Below, piece after piece: positions 58,814 to 64,000 of a stretch of DNA of 64,000 nt; position 1 is the first letter of the stretch, and every line of letters begins with the position of its first letter. The stretch covers positions 1,120,001-1,184,000 of the forward strand of contig OY760937.1 of the NCBI GenBank assembly GCA_963664225.1, written 5' to 3'. The notes beneath the pieces are model-generated. The model ran no database searches and had not been told where the DNA came from. It worked only from the letters and a program-made list of their open reading frames with translations. The position numbers were made by a program, and so were the translations under genes. Origin of the DNA: Verrucomicrobiia bacterium. GTDB lineage: Bacteria; Verrucomicrobiota; Verrucomicrobiia; Limisphaerales; UBA1319.

Positions 58814-58843
58814 AGTATATAACAGATATATACACCGAGTCAA
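58814..58843 (-). promoter_or_regulatory. YtrA-type operator overlapping promoter TTGACT-N18-TATACT
   Basis: Perfect inverted repeat GTATATA-ACAGA-TATATAC at 58815-58833. Confidence 0.75.
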
Positions 58844-59175
58844 AAAATATTTTCAAAAATGCAAACAATTGTCAAATTCCCCTTCCCATCCGGGTATCCG
58901 GGAGATGCCGCTGGAATTCAATCGAGTCGCAAGTTGTCAGCATTGATATGTTAAGCGAACCTTGCTGGCCGTGTCCGACGCGTGAGGTTTGAGCGCGGAG
59001 GAAGGAGTGAGATGCATCGAAACGCGGCCCAAGCTGAGGGTGTCAATTGGAGATGTTAGGAGTGCGGATGCTAGGCTGGCTAGATCCCGCATTTCTCATC
59101 CTAAGCAGTTAAATCAACTCGCACCCAATTATGGTTTGCTTGTTTTCTTAATTGAATTCAAACAGTTTAAAGATC

Positions 59176-59472
59176 TCAAGCCAATCGACCGGCGCGTTGA
59201 TTCCAGAAGTGTGCAAATAGGATGTTCAAAGGCAATTCAAACATCATCACGAGGACGAACATCGACAACCACACCATTGGTTCGATTCGGCCTATGAAGA
59301 AAAAGATCAGGCCAATCCCTATTCCCATCCCCGGAAGCCCGAGCAGGAAACTGCTTAAAAGGATGTAATTACGGCTGATGCGACGATGTTTGTCTGGCCG
59401 AAGCCAGTTCAAACCAAACCAAGTGACATCGCTATCAGCGATTTGAAGAAACCAGCGCTCAATTGTTTTCAT
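59176..59472 (-). CDS. Small two-TM hypothetical protein
   Basis: ORF with two hydrophobic helices and a W...WLRP motif; fills an otherwise empty gap. Confidence 0.6.
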   Translation of the reverse strand: MKTIERWFLQIADSDVTWFGLNWLRPDKHRRISRNYILLSSFLLGLPGMGIGIGLIFFFIGRIEPMVWLSMFVLVMMFELPLNILFAHFWNQRAGRLA

Positions 59473-59654
59473 ATGCACAGCCCCAATAAGTTCTGTTCCG
59501 CAGGCGTTCCATGGAAACCGTCCAATTAAAGAACTGAATGTTCCGGTGAAAGGTAACGCAGGACAGGGGCAGATACAAATAAAAGCAATTGCCGGGAAAA
59601 CTCAAGGGTTCAAATTTTATGGTGTATTATAACAGTGACCTGACAAAAGTCTTT

Positions 59655-60851
59655 TCATTGTTTTGAGTGGGGTGAATTTGTGCCGACGGACTCGAGCCAG
59701 GCAATTGGAAAACGGGCAAAGCCGATGCGATTGTAACTGTCGGTTTCAAAGAGACAGCCCACGGCGTTGTCTGCGGTCTTTGTGAGTGCGCTGTAGGCGA
59801 AGCTGCCGGGCCAAAGGAGGCGTTTCACGGGCCAGGTGCGACCGTCGTCGAGGCTCAGGTGAACGGTGCCGGTGTCGCGCTTCATGCTGTCTGGACCGCT
59901 GTAGAGGATCCGGCCGCGCCCGGCGCCGTCGCAGAAGGAGTAACGGAAGATGCTGGCGTTACAACTTGGATCGCGCAGTTCCGGCACATTTTCGACGGCG
60001 GACCAAGTCCTTCCGCCATCCCTGCTTACGGAAGTCTTGCGGAGTTTTGCGCCCGCGAATGCGCGGGAGTTTAGCCGCACGGAGCCGTCGCTTAGTTCAA
60101 CCATTTGGGCCTCATTGAGCTGGCTGCGGCGACCTTGTTTGTCATCGGGCACAAACGCGCCGGGAACGTTTTCGCCGTAGTTCCATGTGCGGCCATGATC
60201 GTCGCTGAAGACTGCAAAGTTGTTCCATTGCCAGTAAGGTCCTTCGTTGAAGGGGATGATGAGGCGGCCTTTGTGCGGCCCGCGTGTGAGTTGGATGCCG
60301 TTACCCGGTCCGCTGGCGAGGGTTGTTGCGGCGGTGGGCCGTTTAGTGGAGCGCGTCACGTCCATTGGTTTGGTCCAGGTGACGCCGTCGTCATCCGACC
60401 AGAGCAGCAAATTGCGATAGACATTCGTTCCCTCGTAGCCGGTTTCGATCGAAGCGCTCGCCTCCTTCAGGTGCGAGGGGATGCGCTGAATCATCAGATA
60501 CACACGACCGGTCTGCTGTTCCACAACGACTGTGGGGTTATTGAGCGAATTCGCGCCATCCTCGGCAATGAGCATGAGGGGTCCCCAAGTTTTTCCGTTG
60601 TCGGCGCTTCGTTTGAGGAGGATGTCGTTGGAGGCCTGGTCGGTGGCCGCCGCGCGACCTTCTGCAAATGCGAGGACTGTTCCCGCCTTCGAAACGGCCA
60701 CAGCGGGAATACGGATGGATTTGTAGCCCTCTTTATCTGAGATGAAAACGTCGGAGAACTCTGGTTCTTCTGCGAGGGTGACGCTGGCCGCAACCGCGCC
60801 CACCACCGCCAAAAACGTCCGCAGCGCAAATGAAGAAATTCTGTCTTTCAT
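59655..60851 (-). CDS. Exo-alpha-sialidase family protein (GH33, BNR repeats)
   Basis: Signal peptide, RIP motif, five Asp boxes (S.D.G.TW), NEAQ..LNSR and AYS. Confidence 0.92.
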   Translation of the reverse strand: MKDRISSFALRTFLAVVGAVAASVTLAEEPEFSDVFISDKEGYKSIRIPAVAVSKAGTVLAFAEGRAAATDQASNDILLKRSADNGKTWGPLMLIAEDGANSLNNPTVVVEQQTGRVYLMIQRIPSHLKEASASIETGYEGTNVYRNLLLWSDDDGVTWTKPMDVTRSTKRPTAATTLASGPGNGIQLTRGPHKGRLIIPFNEGPYWQWNNFAVFSDDHGRTWNYGENVPGAFVPDDKQGRRSQLNEAQMVELSDGSVRLNSRAFAGAKLRKTSVSRDGGRTWSAVENVPELRDPSCNASIFRYSFCDGAGRGRILYSGPDSMKRDTGTVHLSLDDGRTWPVKRLLWPGSFAYSALTKTADNAVGCLFETDSYNRIGFARFPIAWLESVGTNSPHSKQ

Positions 60852-60968
60852 GTAAAAATATTCTTTCAAAGTGAGTTTCATTACCAGCGGATAACGACAT
60901 TCGACTGGGTGGTGATTTGACTCAATCAGATATGGATGAATCATCCAGTTTCTGATTTAATCTTCAAC

Positions 60969-61805
60969 ATGATCGCCGAATTAATGCGCCTGTTGAGTCC
61001 ATTAGCGGAACCGTTGGGAATGTTATGGCTCTTGATGTGCATGCTTTCCATTTACCTTGTATTGAAGCGCCACTTGTTGGGAGCGCTGATGCTTGCGATT
61101 TGCGCCGTGGCGTTTTCCATCATTGGCGCCAGTGCGCTGGGGGAAAACCTGCTTGGATCCCTGGAACGCCCTTATATCCGGTCGAACTTGAATGATGTGC
61201 CCGTTTGCGACGCGGTGATCATGCTCGGGGGATTCCACCGGACATCCTCCTATGACGCGTTCGGTTTCGATTTGGGCAACGCCTCGGATCGCATTGTGAC
61301 CGCCGTGGAATTGATGCGTTTGAAGAAGGCCAAAGTCCTCGTTTTAAGCGGCGGCACCAGCATGGATGGAAATACAAAATTTAATCCGGCGGTCTTGCTG
61401 CAAAAATGGTTTACATCCTGGAATATTCCCGCCGGGCAGGTGATCTATCTGGCTCCGTGCCGCAACACATGGGAAGAGGCCCTGGCCGTCAAAGAATTGG
61501 CGCGGCAACAAAGGTGGAGCCGGTTTTTGCTCGTCAGTTCGGCTTATCATTTGAGACGCGCTGAGGCGGTGTTCAAATCGACCGGACTGGACGTGACCAG
61601 TGTAGGCTGTGATTATCAGGTTGTCGGGACTGAAAAAGGCACACGGTTCAGCGGGCCGGTGCCGCGTTCATCATCGATTCTTCAGTTGGAATGTTACCTC
61701 CATGAGGAACTGGGATGGTGGCTTTATCGGGCCAATGGCTGGGTGGGGGATTCGACATCAACGAATGCGACCAAGGCCGAAAAGGAAAAGACAGTGCAAA
61801 AGTAA
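60969..61805 (+). CDS. YdcF/ElyC (DUF218) family membrane protein
   Basis: TMs; VIMLGG, DRI, LSGG, RNTWEEA, VSSAYHLRRA and LHEELG. Confidence 0.9.
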   Translation: MIAELMRLLSPLAEPLGMLWLLMCMLSIYLVLKRHLLGALMLAICAVAFSIIGASALGENLLGSLERPYIRSNLNDVPVCDAVIMLGGFHRTSSYDAFGFDLGNASDRIVTAVELMRLKKAKVLVLSGGTSMDGNTKFNPAVLLQKWFTSWNIPAGQVIYLAPCRNTWEEALAVKELARQQRWSRFLLVSSAYHLRRAEAVFKSTGLDVTSVGCDYQVVGTEKGTRFSGPVPRSSSILQLECYLHEELGWWLYRANGWVGDSTSTNATKAEKEKTVQK

Positions 61806-61820
61806 TGATCAATGCACCGC

Positions 61821-63494
61821 TTAAATCTGGTCCTCCAAGGGAACCAGGGAGAGAAGTATTGTCATGATCTGACGCCAATAAGCCGCACGTGGATCGAACG
61901 AGTATTTCACCGGTTTGCCGTTTTCAATTGTGTGCCACACCACGATGGATCGGGCATGAATATCATGGATGGGATCGGCAGGGATTTCCTCCAAGCCGAT
62001 GCGATAGCTGTTTTTGGGCTGAACGGCGTCATTAAATAAGGCCGCCACTTGTTCGGCCAGTTCCGGGCTGTCCACGATGAGGCCCATTTCTGTGTTTAGC
62101 CGCAGGGAGCGCGGGTCCAGATTCAAGGAGCCCACGAAAACGGTTCGACGGTCGAAAACAAATGCTTTTGTGTGCAAGCTGGCCCACTTCGATAAACGGG
62201 CGTGCTTGCGTTTGGTGCGGCGGATCAATTCGGCTGAGGGTTTGTACTCGTAGAGTTCAACCCCGCACTGGACCAGCGCTTTCCTATAACGGGTGTAGCC
62301 GATGTGGACGATGGGCGAATCATTCGATGCGAGCGAGTTGCTGAGAATGCGGACGCGCACTCCTTTTTCACGGAGCCGGTGGAAATATTCCATTCCTTCC
62401 TCACCGGGCACGAAATAAGGGGAGACGAGGAGAAGCTCTTTTTCGGTGCGGTTGGCAATGGGTTCTAACTGGGAATGCATGTAACGGACAAAATATTGCT
62501 TGTTGAGTCCGGCAATTTTGCTCGGCGGATCACAAAACAACTGCGAAGGTGCCCATATCAGGCGCAATCTGTCTCGCGAGAGAGTGTTCATGAAATCCGA
62601 ATCGCGCAGGGCGACGGCGTAAGGGGTCTGGCGGCTGGCTTCGTAGAATTCGCGCAGGGACTGGCATTCGTTGGTAAATTCCGAGGCGGTGGGTTTTGAG
62701 GAACGCAGCGCGCCAATGGGCACGGCCCATTCGCTGTTCCAGTAATCGTCGAAACAGGTCGAGACCTGATTTACGATGGGCCCGAAGGCCAGCAAATCCA
62801 AGTCATGAAATTCCATGTCCTCGCTGGCTTCGAAATATTCATCACCGATATTGCGTCCGCCGACGATGGCGGCGGCGTTATCGACCGCAAACACCTTGTT
62901 ATGCATGCGCCGATTCAGGCGTGAGGGATGTATCAGAAAGTCGATGGGCCGCGAAACCATCACGACATGGCGGCCCATGTATGGATTGAACAGCCGCACT
63001 TCAATATTGGGATGCGCGTCGAATGTGGCCATCTCAAAGTCCCGCCCGCCGGTATGGTGGTCGTCGAGCAAAAGACGCACATGTACCCCCCGATCGGCCG
63101 CTTTGAGCAGGTGATACATCAAGAGTTTGCCCGTAAGATCGCCATGCACGATGTAATACTGCACGTCAATGGTGCGTTCCGCAGTGTCCGCCAGATAGGC
63201 CCGCGCCAGAAAGGCGTCCATTCCGATGGAGAGCAGGGAGAATCCTGATTGCCCTGGGTGCGCGGCCTGGTCGGCGGCATACCTGCGTCCAAGGAAGGTT
63301 TCTTCAGGCTTGGGCCAGGCCACGGCATTTGGCCGGGGATAGTTTTTGCGGATGGTGGTGCACCCCGTCGAGCCCAGGATCAGGATTAGAACGAAAAGCC
63401 ATGGGAGGGATACTGTCAGACGACGGCAGAAGCCTGCCGTGGACCGGGTATTCCGGTCGAATTCACAATTCCATCTCAATAAATTCAGCGTCAT
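61821..63494 (-). CDS. Phospholipase D family protein (cardiolipin synthase ClsC-like), possible lipoprotein
   Basis: Two HKD motifs (RMHNKVFAVD..GGRNIGDEY and LHTKAFVFD..GSLNLDPRS) and STGC. Start uncertain. Confidence 0.9.
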   Translation of the reverse strand: MTLNLLRWNCEFDRNTRSTAGFCRRLTVSLPWLFVLILILGSTGCTTIRKNYPRPNAVAWPKPEETFLGRRYAADQAAHPGQSGFSLLSIGMDAFLARAYLADTAERTIDVQYYIVHGDLTGKLLMYHLLKAADRGVHVRLLLDDHHTGGRDFEMATFDAHPNIEVRLFNPYMGRHVVMVSRPIDFLIHPSRLNRRMHNKVFAVDNAAAIVGGRNIGDEYFEASEDMEFHDLDLLAFGPIVNQVSTCFDDYWNSEWAVPIGALRSSKPTASEFTNECQSLREFYEASRQTPYAVALRDSDFMNTLSRDRLRLIWAPSQLFCDPPSKIAGLNKQYFVRYMHSQLEPIANRTEKELLLVSPYFVPGEEGMEYFHRLREKGVRVRILSNSLASNDSPIVHIGYTRYRKALVQCGVELYEYKPSAELIRRTKRKHARLSKWASLHTKAFVFDRRTVFVGSLNLDPRSLRLNTEMGLIVDSPELAEQVAALFNDAVQPKNSYRIGLEEIPADPIHDIHARSIVVWHTIENGKPVKYSFDPRAAYWRQIMTILLSLVPLEDQI

Positions 63495-63613
63495 CCAATG
63501 CGTTCCAGCCCGCTCAATAACCGTTGCGAGCCAAACAACAGCGAAGTTCCTTACCCATTGAGCGGTTTAAGTAAAGCGCGAATTGGAGATTTGCGGCACC
63601 AGACACCAGTTTA

Positions 63614-64000
63614 TCAACGATCTTGATGACGCATATGGCGCAAACGAAGGGCGTTCCCAATGACGAATACGTCCGAAACGCCCATGGCCAGGGCACACAG
63701 TATCGGGCTCAAGAAACCCAAAGCAGCCAGCGGAATTGTGGCGGCATTGTAGAAGAATGCCCAGAACAAGTTCTGCTTGATGACACGCAGGGTGGCCTGG
63801 GCCAGGGCCAGGGCTTCGGGCACCGCGTGTATATCCGATTTTAGGAGTAGAATATCGGCGGATTCGCGCGCGATGTCGCTTGCGCGCGTGACTGCAATGC
63901 CCAGATTGGCCTGAACAAGGGCTGGCGCGTCATTAATGCCATCGCCCACGAAGGCCACGCGATGGTTGTCGGTCTGGAGTTTGCGCACGATATCGGCCTT
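63614..64000 (-). CDS. Heavy-metal P1B-type ATPase, C-terminal part (5' end outside the window)
   Basis: [25 protein letters not shown] and [14 protein letters not shown]. Confidence 0.93.
   Translation of the reverse strand, partial: KADIVRKLQTDNHRVAFVGDGINDAPALVQANLGIAVTRASDIARESADILLLKSDIHAVPEALALAQATLRVIKQNLFWAFFYNAATIPLAALGFLSPILCALAMGVSDVFVIGNALRLRHMRHQDR

Noticed and set aside
63510..63565. 9-bp inverted repeat CCGCTCAAT/ATTGAGCGG upstream of the PLD gene
   Set aside because: 38-nt spacer, no U tract and no other support; may be chance.
1..64000. CRISPR arrays, tRNA/rRNA genes, transposases, integrases, prophage or defence genes
   Set aside because: No repeat-spacer periodicity, RNA-gene signatures or relevant protein motifs were seen by eye. 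The UvrD helicase has no nuclease partner nearby.

Overview
Gene-dense bacterial window. The lineage is probably Verrucomicrobiota subdivision 3 (Pedosphaerales/Limisphaerales-like), inferred from a PEP-CTERM protein, an H-X9-DG-type pilin, DUF1080 and large lamin-tail/CotH surface proteins. It holds about 40 CDSs, two of them cut by the window ends. No rRNA, tRNA, CRISPR array or mobile element was seen. Main content: an acyl-CoA dehydrogenase and ETF-QO pair; a cobalamin riboswitch leading a three-gene surface operon; hpnI; response regulators; two sugar-catabolic clusters; a UvrD-type helicase; a prolyl oligopeptidase; a 2574-aa LTD/CotH protein behind a sigma54-like promoter; a PepSY/two-component module; a REC-HK-REC-LytTR fusion; GH18-like, GH15 and GH33 glycosidases; an ECF sigma module; BlaI/M56 and YtrA/ABC envelope modules with visible operators; a PLD-family enzyme; and the 3' end of a P1B ATPase. 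The best candidate for a new system is the riboswitch-controlled operon at 4231-7330. It encodes a PEP-CTERM protein resembling the BtuH B12-binding domain, a secreted protein and a type IV-like pilin, with no TonB receptor or BtuCDF in the window, and may be a pilus-linked corrinoid capture system. All family calls come from motifs recognised by eye; no database searches were run.
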